Shown: positions 22,000 to 31,736 of the stretch, piece by piece
Layout of the letters: each line of letters begins with the position of its first letter
Position numbering within the stretch: the first letter of the stretch is position 1
Source: Dehalococcoidia bacterium
GTDB lineage: Bacteria; Chloroflexota; Dehalococcoidia; Lucifugimonadales; UBA3495
Direction: 5' to 3'
NCBI GenBank assembly: GCA_965220625.1
Contig: CBDCQN010000002.1
Location: forward strand, 278,622 to 342,621
Length of the DNA: 64,000 nt
The notes under the pieces: model-generated
What the model saw: the letters and a program-made list of their open reading frames with translations, nothing else
What the model was told of the DNA's origin: nothing
Database searches by the model: none
Program-made: the position numbers and the translations under genes

Positions 22000-22270
22000 C
22001 AGGGCAATCGCATTTGAAATCCCAGGCAGCAATGTGTAATTGTTAGAACCGTTATTCCCGCTTTCGCGGGAATCCGGTGGACGGAATTTCAGTGACATGA
22101 CGCCATGCCAAGGTCCGATTCGCCTGCTACACCGGGGCTGGCGGGTCTGCAATGCTCTGGATTCCCGCTTTCGCGAGAATGACGATGATCCTTTGGGACA
22201 CTTTAGGGAATGGCAATGGCGTATTTTCACGGCAAGGACGAATGAGGTTAATTCAAATGCGATTGCCCTG
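22000..22270. mobile_element. ISAs1-type MITE carrying a REP-like palindrome pair
   Basis: Perfect 19-bp TIR CAGGGCAATCGCATTTGAA; internal ATTCCCGCTTTCGCGGGAAT hairpins at 22051-22075 and 22158-22184. Confidence 0.75.
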
Positions 22271-22329
22271 TGGAAAACCCTGGGTAGTGTCTCAGTTTAG
22301 AACTCATTGGGTTGCGCGGGGGGCCATTA

Positions 22330-23193
22330 GTGGACATCCAGCTCATTCGTAACCGCCTCGTTGAAGAACTAGCCAACCTGCCGGATGTGGCGACTCCTGA
22401 AATTCAGAGTTACGCACTGACCACCGCCGTTCTGGTGAGACGGATGACCAAAGCGTTGAACATCACCGACCTCCGCATTCAAGATGCGTGGCAACGGGAG
22501 ACTCCTCACGACCTAGCGCTAGTGCTGAATAAAATTGTCCACTACGAGGATTTCAGCAGGGCTCTCGTCCGGCAACAGGAGGGGGAGCAATTTAGGGACG
22601 ACTACGTCTATCTGAGGAGTAGGAGGACTGAGCGTGCCTGGGTAATCAATTTGGGGGCATACTTCGACTACGTTCGCTGCTTTGCCTACGACGACGTGTT
22701 CGTGGTTCGCTACCTCTTGCGTCGAATTGATACACTGCTGTCCAGCGTAGTCCATCAGCCCGAAAGGGATTTCGACCAGCACTTGCTTAGCGAGGCGGTC
22801 GACCGCATGTACGATTCGTTTGCTTTGCTGGGAAAGTTAGTCCGGTCCCGTACTCTTGCGGTGCCGCCTCATCGGGTAATCAACGGCTACCGCGAAGCCC
22901 ACGTTGGCAGTTATGTACTCCCTGGCTCCGTTGTGGAACACGTGCCTTATGGACAGATGCTTGCCGGGTACAACGTTGAGAATGAAGCGATGTATGACCC
23001 CAGGTGGTACCGCTTCGTGGGACGAGCAGAGAAGCACCGCATCGACGGCACTGAAGCCTACATGGTAGGCGTGCTCCGTTTTTCCACTGGCGCGCCAAAT
23101 GCGGAGATCGTTTACTTCAAGATGAGCGACCTCCTAGCGATGTTCAAGGACCTGCGGGCGACGGATTGGAGTACAGTCAGCGACAATGCGTAG
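22330..23193 (+). CDS. hypothetical protein
   Basis: ~287-aa ORF with protein-like composition; no motif recognised. Confidence 0.65.
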   Translation: MDIQLIRNRLVEELANLPDVATPEIQSYALTTAVLVRRMTKALNITDLRIQDAWQRETPHDLALVLNKIVHYEDFSRALVRQQEGEQFRDDYVYLRSRRTERAWVINLGAYFDYVRCFAYDDVFVVRYLLRRIDTLLSSVVHQPERDFDQHLLSEAVDRMYDSFALLGKLVRSRTLAVPPHRVINGYREAHVGSYVLPGSVVEHVPYGQMLAGYNVENEAMYDPRWYRFVGRAEKHRIDGTEAYMVGVLRFSTGAPNAEIVYFKMSDLLAMFKDLRATDWSTVSDNA

Positions 23194-23235
23194 TCACGAG
23201 TGGTTTCAAACTGAGCCAGTACCAAACCTTGGCGG

Positions 23236-23712
23236 CAGGGCTATCGCATTCGAGGGGGAGTGGCGTTGGAGGTGTTAGGGTAGCGAGTGTTGAGGGAGGC
23301 GCAGTGGTTTGGCGCTTAGTTGTGTGGAGGGGTGATGGGGATGACGATTGAGGAATTGGAGTCCTTGGAGGATCCCAGACACGGAAACGCAGAGCGACAT
23401 TCTCTGCACGACATACTGATCATTGCCCTTTGCACCATCCTCTGCGGCGGCGAAACCTGCACCGCCATGGCCCTCTTCGGGCACTCCAAGCGGGAGTTTC
23501 TGGAATCCTTCCTGCCGCTCCGGAATGGCATTCCCAGCCACGACACCTTCTCCAGGGTGTTCCGCCTGTTGGACCAGGAGGCATTCCAGAAGTGGTGTCT
23601 GGGGTTCATGGGCCAGTTTGCCCAAGGCTGCGAGGGTGTGCCTGCCATAGACGGCAAGACGCTGCGCCGCTCCTATGACCGCGCCGAGGCCAAGTCACCT
23701 CTGCACTTGGCC
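23236..23712 (+). mobile_element. ISAs1-family left end and truncated transposase
   Basis: CAGGGCTATCGCAT end; LEDPR, GIPSHDTFSRVF and AIDGKTLRRS motifs. Confidence 0.88.
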
Positions 23713-23714
23713 AA

Positions 23715-24904
23715 TCGGGGTTTACTGGATACCGCTGTTCGGTGTGCTGGAGGAGCGGGGGGTTGAGGTGATGCTGGTGGACCCCAGCCGCATCAAGAAC
23801 GTGCCCGGCCGAAAGACCGACGTGCTGGACTGCCAGTGGCTGCAACAGTTGCACACCTACGGGCTGCTGTCGGGGGCCTTCCGGCCGGAGGATCAGATAC
23901 GCCGGCTGCGCAGCTACCTGAGGCAGCGGGCCATGCTGGTGGAAAACGCCTCCCATCACATCCAGCACATGCAGAAGGCGCTGACCCAGATGAATGTGAA
24001 GCTGCAGCACGTCATCAGCAACATCACGAGCAAGACCGGTATGAAGATCATTGAGGCCATAGTGAGGGGAGAACGGGATCCCCGAAAGCTGGCCGTGCTG
24101 CGCGACCCCAGGACCAGGGCGGACCAAGCGAACATTGCCAAGTCCCTGCAGGGACACCGGCGCGAGGAGCACATCTTTGTACTAACCCAGGCCCTGGAGC
24201 TTCACTGGGCATACAAAGCCAAGATCGACGAATGCGACCGGGAGATTGAAAGACAGTTGGAGCAGTTTGAGGACCGCAGCGATGGCATAACTCCCGGGGA
24301 TGTCGGCAAGCGCACTCAGGGGAACGCGCCCCGCTTCGACCTCCGGAGCCACCTGTACCGGATGACGGGAGTGGATCTTACCCGCATCGACGGAGTGGAC
24401 GCTTTCACCGCACTGAAAGTGGTCAGCGAAATCGGCACGGACATGACCCGGTGGCCCAGCGCCAAGCACTTCGCCTCGTGGCTGGGGCTCAGTCCCAACA
24501 ACCGCATCACCGGAGGGAAGGTAATCAGCTCCAAGACCAAGACCAAGGCCAGCGCCAATCGTGCGGCCTTCGCCTGCGACTGGCGGCCAATGCCCTGCAT
24601 CGCTCCGACAGTTCCCTCGGAGCCTTCCTGCGCCGGAAGAAATCGCACTTGGGATCGCCCAAGGCCATCACGGCGACGGCGCACAAGCTGGCCCGGATCA
24701 TCTACTCAATGCTGCGCTACGGCCCGCAGTATCTGGATGCCGGAGCCCAGTACTACGAGAGTCAGTACCGCAAAGGGTGCTGCGTGCCGCCAAGCAGAGA
24801 GCGGCGCAGCTGGGCTACCGGCTGGTCCCTATGGCAGAGGATCAACATGCCGACTCCAGCCTGCCAACGCCCACCGCTCCCTGACGACTCTTATTAGTCG
24901 AAAG
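23715..24904 (+). pseudogene. 5'-truncated, frameshifted IS110 recombinase (paralogue of 18649-20043) with right end
   Basis: Starts at GVYWIPLFG; frameshift near 24570; right end ATTAGTCG-A-AAG. Confidence 0.88.
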
Positions 24905-26321
24905 CCGTACCGGGCATTTCGGATATCTCACTTGAAACTCCTGTAAGAATTTCCGGTCCCAACAAGACCATCGGTCTACCGTTACGAAGGGAGATCTGCC
25001 CTTTGATCAGGACATGTTGGCCCAATTGGACGTCCGCCAACTGCCCTACCTCCTCCTTGGTCGAAAAGATGCACTCAACCTTGCTGAAATAGGTGGCGTC
25101 GTTCAGGGTTAGACGAAAGGCCCGCTGGCCGCCGACGAATTCGCACCTATCGAGATTGTAAACGGTTCCGCTGAGCGTCCTGTATTCGTAGGTGTAGGAC
25201 GTTCCCGGCTGGGTCGGCCCTATACGGTCGAGGAGCTGTGCGCTGTTTATGACTGACGGTTGTTCATCGTAGACATAGGCCTGAAGGATGACGTGGTCGC
25301 CCACGATGCCTTGATAGTGTTCAACATCCGCTTTCCTAAACAGCCTGACGGAGATCTGCTGTCCATCGTCTGTATCAACGATTGCTTCGACTGGACCGTG
25401 AGGGTCGAAGCCTTCGGGAATAGTCAATCCCCGAACCACCCCTTCCATGAAGACTTCGCGGACCTTCGGTCCTTCAGTGTCCGTGGTCTGGTGCATCGTG
25501 GTCGTGAACTTTACGGGAAACCGATTTCGAAACTCATAGTCCGACACCCCCAAGGCCAAGCGGGACGCACGCAGCAGGTCTGCGATCTGGACATGCACGT
25601 TAACTCCCTTCAGGTCCTGTTGGAGGTATCGGAGTCCTACGTATAGATCGTCCACGGATTCCAGGTAGTCCCGGTAGCTTCCTTCGAAATGGTGTTCACC
25701 GGTGGCGAGAGACTTCCACCAATGTTCGACCCTTTCCTTCACATTCGGTTCCAGGAGTTTATACAGTTCCACCGGGTTGTGGGTCTGCCAGTCAGGTCTG
25801 CCTTCTCGCGGAGGTTCGGCGAATTTACCACAGGATTCCAGGAGCGCCTTGATACAGACTTCAAGAGTGAATGCCGCCTGAAGGATGTATGCGAGGCACT
25901 GTCCCTTCCCAGCCGACGAAGCCCAGTAATGATGACCTTTATCATCGGAATCAAACAGCCAGCCCAGGTCGACTGTGAGCATAGGCATTGAGCTCAAGGC
26001 GTCGCAGTACATGCGAGCCAATGTCTTGAAATTGGCTACGGCGGGCTTTTGGGTCAGCAGGGTCTTGGGATCCAACCCCATGTCGTTGGCGCTTGTGATC
26101 TCGTTTTTCTGGAAGTCTCTTTGCTTCCCGTTCCGGTCCACCGCGGCGATGGCGTGGATATATTTTCCGGTCACCGGGTGCACCGGCATGTTGCCTTCCC
26201 TGGCGGCTGCTATTTCAGCGAGGCAATCCGCAGCCGCCCGAAGGGTTCTGTGAGGGCGGTGCATATCGGAACAACGGTAAAATAGATCGACCACTTCAAA
26301 CGGCAATTGATCTCGCCTCAC
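24894..26321 (-). CDS. HEPN-like domain protein with tandem C-terminal OB-fold-like domains
   Basis: AFTLEVCIKALL...THNPVELYKLL...YVGLRY HEPN pattern; beta-rich LSGTVYNL...RLTLND...VECIF...GQHVLIKGQI. Confidence 0.55.
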   Translation of the reverse strand: MRRDQLPFEVVDLFYRCSDMHRPHRTLRAAADCLAEIAAAREGNMPVHPVTGKYIHAIAAVDRNGKQRDFQKNEITSANDMGLDPKTLLTQKPAVANFKTLARMYCDALSSMPMLTVDLGWLFDSDDKGHHYWASSAGKGQCLAYILQAAFTLEVCIKALLESCGKFAEPPREGRPDWQTHNPVELYKLLEPNVKERVEHWWKSLATGEHHFEGSYRDYLESVDDLYVGLRYLQQDLKGVNVHVQIADLLRASRLALGVSDYEFRNRFPVKFTTTMHQTTDTEGPKVREVFMEGVVRGLTIPEGFDPHGPVEAIVDTDDGQQISVRLFRKADVEHYQGIVGDHVILQAYVYDEQPSVINSAQLLDRIGPTQPGTSYTYEYRTLSGTVYNLDRCEFVGGQRAFRLTLNDATYFSKVECIFSTKEEVGQLADVQLGQHVLIKGQISLRNGRPMVLLGPEILTGVSSEISEMPGTAFD

Positions 26322-26647
26322 ACATCGATTCTGAATCCCAGTCGAAACAACTCGCTCTCCGACACGTTGTGCCCCAGACTATACGCTTCTCCCGGACTTG
26401 GTGGTTTGTCCAAGAGGTATCCTTGAACCGCTTAACAGGTGGTCTGCGGCCATACCGATTTCGTGCCCTATTGTTTCGCCGGAAGGAGGTGTCAATACTT
26501 GGCTAGAAATGAGCCATTTATGCCGGACACTTAGCCGGGCATTTATCTTGGCCTTCGACACCGCGTTGGCCGAATTTCTCAGCGCCATTGACAAGCCCTG
26601 TGGTGGCCTCTCGTTACGAGCGTAGGAGGGCCTTCTATTGGTACAAA

Positions 26648-27673
26648 CTATTCCCAGCATCCAATCCCTGGCGTTTTCGGGGCCTTTGTGGTCAAGAAGA
26701 CGGACGCCACTTGATCCCCGTACCGGGCAACCATCTCTTTCGCCTCTCCGGGCAAAATGACTGAGGCCCTCATCCAGTCATCCAAGCTGATGTCGCCGCC
26801 GGAGGGAGGGTACAGCCGGATGATCTTGTCCCGCCCGATCAGGAGTCCCGCCTGGCCTAGGGCATTCATCGACTGGAAGTGCATCGAGGCGAAAATTATG
26901 TTGGCCCAGGTCAGCTTGCCGCCGAGCCATCTCTGTAGTCGAGAAATCCTGTAGGGTTCCTCGCCGGATCCTATGCTGAGGATCTGTATGTCGTCCGGCA
27001 TGGTGTTGAAGGCGGACAGCGCTTCCACTAGTCCCACCATGATGGGGTTGTTCGCCCATACGCCGCCATCGGCGAATATGTACCCGTCCTCGACCGGCTT
27101 GAAATAGGTGGGGGCTGCGGACGTAGCAGCCCCCACCTTCGACATGAGCTCTGCGCCATCCTTCCTGTAATCCGGGTGATGGGGGGTCTTGAAGACGTAA
27201 ACATCGCCGTACTTCCCGTCGAGGGACGGAATGCAAATGCGGCACCTCGAGTCCCGCAGTCTCAGATCTCCCAGGACATCCGAGAGGATGATGTCCAGGG
27301 GCTTGCGTCGGTAGCCGGTGCTGACGAGCTGGACCAGTCCTCGGATCAGCCTTCCCCGAGGAGGGAATATCTCGCCTCCCCGCGTCATGTAAAGTTCCGC
27401 CATCTGGCTGGACGTCATACCCGCGGCCAGACCGAGGGCGATGATTCCCCCGGTCGAGGTACCGACCACGAGATCAAAGTATTCCGCAACCGAACCTCCA
27501 GAAAGGTGCTTTTTCTCCAGTTCGGCGAGCACTGTGGAAGTGAAGATTCCCCTGATCCCTCCCCCGTCCAGAGACAGGATGCGAAACGGCTGGTCTGATT
27601 CCCATTCCAGCCGCTCGCGTCGCCGTGAAAGTATTCCTGCTGACCTCTTGGGCAGTTCGTCAGACTGAGTCAT
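26648..27673 (-). CDS. CBASS patatin-like phospholipase effector (CapV/CapE-like)
   Basis: LSLDGGGIRG, GTSTG, SAAPTYF and DGGVWANNP motifs; ATGA overlap with the E2 stop. Confidence 0.9.
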   Translation of the reverse strand: MTQSDELPKRSAGILSRRRERLEWESDQPFRILSLDGGGIRGIFTSTVLAELEKKHLSGGSVAEYFDLVVGTSTGGIIALGLAAGMTSSQMAELYMTRGGEIFPPRGRLIRGLVQLVSTGYRRKPLDIILSDVLGDLRLRDSRCRICIPSLDGKYGDVYVFKTPHHPDYRKDGAELMSKVGAATSAAPTYFKPVEDGYIFADGGVWANNPIMVGLVEALSAFNTMPDDIQILSIGSGEEPYRISRLQRWLGGKLTWANIIFASMHFQSMNALGQAGLLIGRDKIIRLYPPSGGDISLDDWMRASVILPGEAKEMVARYGDQVASVFLTTKAPKTPGIGCWE

Positions 27674-28092
27674 CCGCATGTCCAGTTGCCGGTCGCGTGC
27701 CATATTTCGTAGCAGAGCAGCCACTCGCTGATCCAGGGGACCATCTCGGATATAGGCACGTCAGGGCTCCATTCATTGCCTTGTTCGTCGTAAAGACACA
27801 GTGCTCTTACACCCGGGTGTCCTGGGTATTCAAGATGAGGGATTTCCTCGTCGGGGGCTTCCTCACGCCGCTTGGGAATCGGTGAGATGATCTCCACAGT
27901 CGGGCGCCCGAATATTTCCTCGGTCCCGTCCCCTGACCGCCCAACCCGGCAGACCACCTTTACCTCATAGGCTTTCCCAGCCGGTGTGATTATTCCTTTC
28001 CAGAACACGGTTCCAGAAGGGGTCCTCTCCATTCGGAGGTTGGGAAATGCCCGTTGCATTTTCCTCTGGTGCTGTTGGAGTGAAAGGCCCAT
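27670..28092 (-). CDS. prokaryotic E2-like protein (short type II CBASS accessory)
   Basis: WKG...YEVKV...IPH...LCLY...W...WISEWLLCYEIW.ATG.W; lies between CD-NTase and effector. Confidence 0.8.
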   Translation of the reverse strand: MGLSLQQHQRKMQRAFPNLRMERTPSGTVFWKGIITPAGKAYEVKVVCRVGRSGDGTEEIFGRPTVEIISPIPKRREEAPDEEIPHLEYPGHPGVRALCLYDEQGNEWSPDVPISEMVPWISEWLLCYEIWHATGNWTCG

Positions 28093-28099
28093 GCTCTCC

Positions 28100-29320
28100 C
28101 TAAATCCCTGGTGGAGAGTGAAATTGGTGCTGGCGTGTCGGTCGGGAGTTGCGGGGTTGAGCTTGGGGCACTGCGGGAACCACCAGCCCGCCCGTTACCT
28201 TTTTGTGGGAGGCCTGGTTGTCCCTGATCGCTTGCCCCACACGCTCCCCGTACCGGTTGACGGCTTCCCTGGTGGGATACTCTCCGAACAGGCCGGCGAG
28301 AATCCCTTTGGCTTCGCTAACATCACAGCCTTCATTTAGCCGCGAGACTTCGGAACTGAACTCCCTGAGCTTCTGAACGAAGATCCGGGCCTCGGATCCG
28401 TCCACCTTCCACCGGTCGCTGAGAACGTCTTCCGGGCAGACTGGATTGGTGATGGGTTGGTGGCTTTTGCCGTGGGCCTCGATGTAGTCGGCGACGCGAA
28501 TTGCCGTGAGTTCAAGGTCCTTTGACAGAGGGAGCCTCGGATTGGAAGACTCTGCGACGATCCGCGAAAGGATCACCGAGGGAGGTCCCTGGTCCTCTTT
28601 ACCTTCGTACTGGAAATTGCGCCACTGCTTGATGAGCTGGAGTACGATCGTTGGCTGTGACTTGTTCTCCAGCTGTTCGTGCTCCGGCACCGGGTCAACG
28701 TCGGCCTGCATGGTGTCGTAGGACATGGCAAGGACTCTGAAGGCGTTGGCAAAGGGGTCGTCATCTGCGTGAGTTCGCTGGTTGTACCACTCCGCCAGGC
28801 CGTAGGGGTTAGCAACCAGCCGCGCCTCGGCTTGGGGTGTTTCCTTCCTGTTTTCGGAAATCCAGCTTTCCCGCTCCAGTGTGCTGGGTCTCCGGATGAC
28901 GGGTGTGATGTCCATGTGCATCTCGGCGTATTCTATGGTCACGCACCTGCTTCGGCGGCGGGTCATCTGGTAATACTGGGATCCCTGGGTACCTTTTATG
29001 GCTTCGTACAGCCCGTCCAGGACGCGCTTGGGAGACATCTCCTCAGAGAGGAGCAGTTCGGCCGCGATATCGATGTCGTACCGGTCCTGGCTGTCCCGCG
29101 ACAGGATCGTCGCTCCTATGGCCATGGACCCCTGCGGGTACAGCTGTGAAACTCTGTCCTTCAACCAGCTCTCGTCTCTCTCCAGCCAGTTGGCCACAGT
29201 CTGATACCTCTGGGTAGCCTGTCTGTGTCTGGACGGGCTCAATTGGACGCGGGCGGCTATCTCAGCCAAGAGTTGGTCGGTATAGTTGATCAGCGGTTCG
29301 GAAACCCTAGTTGCCATCAA
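28100..29320 (-). CDS. CBASS CD-NTase (cGAS/DncV-like cyclase)
   Basis: YPQGSMAIGATI...YDIDI, RCVTIEY..MHMDITP, ANPYG, QLIKQWRN and NPVCPEDVLSDRW motifs; AGGAG RBS. Confidence 0.92.
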   Translation of the reverse strand: MMATRVSEPLINYTDQLLAEIAARVQLSPSRHRQATQRYQTVANWLERDESWLKDRVSQLYPQGSMAIGATILSRDSQDRYDIDIAAELLLSEEMSPKRVLDGLYEAIKGTQGSQYYQMTRRRSRCVTIEYAEMHMDITPVIRRPSTLERESWISENRKETPQAEARLVANPYGLAEWYNQRTHADDDPFANAFRVLAMSYDTMQADVDPVPEHEQLENKSQPTIVLQLIKQWRNFQYEGKEDQGPPSVILSRIVAESSNPRLPLSKDLELTAIRVADYIEAHGKSHQPITNPVCPEDVLSDRWKVDGSEARIFVQKLREFSSEVSRLNEGCDVSEAKGILAGLFGEYPTREAVNRYGERVGQAIRDNQASHKKVTGGLVVPAVPQAQPRNSRPTRQHQFHSPPGI

Positions 29321-29710
29321 TCACTCCTAATTTGCCTATGTTGTGGTATTTGCCGGGGGGCGCATGCCAGTTCCGAGAGTGGACGGCCTGTCCATTTGTT
29401 GAAATTTCCCGTGAGGCACACTTCTCCGTTGAAAGAGACCTGGCTCCCTCACGGACAACAAAACGGCCGTGCCTGTCGGCGCGGCCGTCTTTGACTTTAC
29501 CCGACGGGCCAGAGACCTGATGATCTTTGGACCTGTGGGCGAGGCAGGTTAGGTATCCCGCACTCAGGGGACCTCCCCGGCAGGGTGGTTACCGGTCAAC
29601 GGGGAGATTCCGCAGTTCTGGGGCACTTTGCCAACCTTCCCGGCACTTGCTTGCGACATAGGTCCTGCACCGCGTCTCATGCTTGCCTTACGGCCGAACG
29701 TAACGGTGCT

Positions 29711-29739
29711 ATGATAAAGTAGTCCCATTTCTGTGTCAA
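29711..29739 (-). promoter_or_regulatory. sigma70-type promoter upstream of the CBASS operon
   Basis: TTGACA (29739-29734), 17-bp spacer, TATCAT (29716-29711). Confidence 0.7.
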
Positions 29740-29743
29740 TGAT

Positions 29744-30952
29744 CTACTGTCCCAATTTGGAAACAAACATTGGCCGGACTTCACCGGTCCCGACGAACTG
29801 CGACAACAGGCGGTAGTTCCCCAGCTTGTACCGGACTCGTCCGGCAACGATGGCAGGGTGAATGCCCAGCTGCTGTGCCAGATCAAGCACCGCCATCGGA
29901 GTGGGGTTATCGGCGATCCCGCTCGCGTCCCAGGCGGAATCCGGCACCAAGGCCTGAACGGTCAAGTCATCCGCATGGAACTCCCGGCTGTTTGTCCCCT
30001 CCAGTTTGAGATCGTCGATGAAAGCCGTGCTGCTGTCGTTCAGGTGATGGGTTACGTGTGCGAGTTCGTGGAGCAGCACAAACCAGAAGTTGTCGATACG
30101 GTCGTAACGAAGGGTCATGCCGATGACAGGATTTCCGTTGGAGGACCTCATCGCGGCGCCGTCCAAGTAGGTGCCGGGCAGATGATTCACTATCTCGACG
30201 GCAATCCCGTGGTCTGCGAGGAAATCCACCGCCCTTCGGGGACCGTTTGGGGAGGAACTGAGCAGGGCGACCTGTTTCAGAAAACCGGGCCGGTCCTTTA
30301 TCTTGCCGAACAGTACCTTTTGGTTTCTTTGATTGGCCTGGGCCAGGACCTGCCAGCACCAGGCCGTCAGTGCGTAAGGATTCGCCTTGGCGTTGGCGCG
30401 GTTATGGTCGTTCTTACGGTAAAAGACGAACGGCTTACCCTGAAGGCCAGCCTTATTCTGAAGCCCGAAGACCAACTCCTCGGCATTCTGCCGGAGGTTG
30501 CCCTTTCGCTGAATCCATCCCCTGGCAGCCATTTGGCCCAGCGGGAATCTTCGCCAGTCGACGTCAGCCTCGGACGCCCTTGTCTGGACTACCGCGTCCT
30601 TGAGCAGAAGGTCGGCAGGTACGCCAAGGTGGGTGTGCAGTGCCCTGGCCATGGATATTGTGATGGCGCGGTTTCCAGACAGGACTTCCGACACTCGGGA
30701 TCGGCTGCCGATCATCGGAGTGAGATCCTTTGGAGCGATGCCGTGCTCATCCATGTAGAGCTTCATCGCTTCAACGAAGCTGTTGGAGTTGGACCACTCC
30801 CGTCGCCCGGAATTTCTTCTGCCAGATGGTGTAGAGGGGTTTCTAACCCGTTGGCCGTTCTTGCCGATGGCCGCGTTCTGCTCCGTTGACATGGTGGCTT
30901 CCGCCTTATTGTAGTGGGCTGACGATTCGGGACTTATATAACCTGTTTCCAT
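29744..30952 (-). CDS. HigA-like XRE HTH fused to ImmA/IrrE metallopeptidase
   Basis: KDLTPMIGSRSRVSEVLSG HTH; LDGAA...TLRYDRIDNFWFVLLHELAH. Confidence 0.9.
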   Translation of the reverse strand: METGYISPESSAHYNKAEATMSTEQNAAIGKNGQRVRNPSTPSGRRNSGRREWSNSNSFVEAMKLYMDEHGIAPKDLTPMIGSRSRVSEVLSGNRAITISMARALHTHLGVPADLLLKDAVVQTRASEADVDWRRFPLGQMAARGWIQRKGNLRQNAEELVFGLQNKAGLQGKPFVFYRKNDHNRANAKANPYALTAWCWQVLAQANQRNQKVLFGKIKDRPGFLKQVALLSSSPNGPRRAVDFLADHGIAVEIVNHLPGTYLDGAAMRSSNGNPVIGMTLRYDRIDNFWFVLLHELAHVTHHLNDSSTAFIDDLKLEGTNSREFHADDLTVQALVPDSAWDASGIADNPTPMAVLDLAQQLGIHPAIVAGRVRYKLGNYRLLSQFVGTGEVRPMFVSKLGQ

Positions 30953-31736
30953 TTGTGCGCGATTTTATCATCGTTATCAAATCGCTGATAACCCAGTGGG
31001 AGGCCAGATCGTATGGCTAACGAAGTATTTTTCGGCGACGCTTTCCAATATGCTCACCGAGTACGAGTACCGTTTCTGCTCCGGGAGCCACTCGGCGGCT
31101 TCCTTGTCGGACTTCTGGTGTCGGTTGACGCTGGGAGAGGCCAGGGTGAGGTTCAAGAGGTCGGGTGCGAACTCTGTCCGGGTTTCGGGAGCGGCGGTGC
31201 AAAGGCTGCTTTCATGGGCTTCGGAGCGGGCGAAGATGTGCTTGATGTCCGTTTCCCTGATGCGGTCGAACCAGGGTGCTGGTGTAGGGGCCGTAGATAT
31301 CGCCTTGGGATACCACGATGCGAAGTTCGGCTGAGGGCGATTGGCAGTAGTAGTCCTGATTGTAGGGATAGCACCGTTGCTCGGGTGCTACGGTGATGCC
31401 GCGCCAGGTTGAACCGGGCTGAATGGTCTGATGCGTCGGTGCAGAGGTTGGAGATTCCGTGGGCGGCGGCGTTGTAGAGGGGTTGAGGTGATCGGCGCGG
31501 CCATGGCAGTTGCCGGTGGTGTGGGTATTGATGTAGGCGCTCGAGTCGGTGAGATCGTTGGAGGGGACGTGGATGTCGGCTCCGCGGCTACCTGAGGGAG
31601 AGCAGGTCTACTGGTGGTCTGTTGGGTCCTTTGGATTTGGAGTGGCCGGTTTCGTTTCTCTGGGTTTGTGGGTGGCGGATGCGAGGTGTCAGGTCGTGTC
31701 CTCTGGCGGAGTCTATGCCTGAGCGGTTGGAGGAGT

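Noticed and set aside
23675-24946. Apparent 423-aa novel transposase ORF
   Set aside because: Junction of ISAs1 and IS110 fragments with a frameshifted tail.
30960-31730. G/T-skewed stretch with several short ORFs
   Set aside because: No recognisable motif, RBS or repeat; probably degraded sequence.
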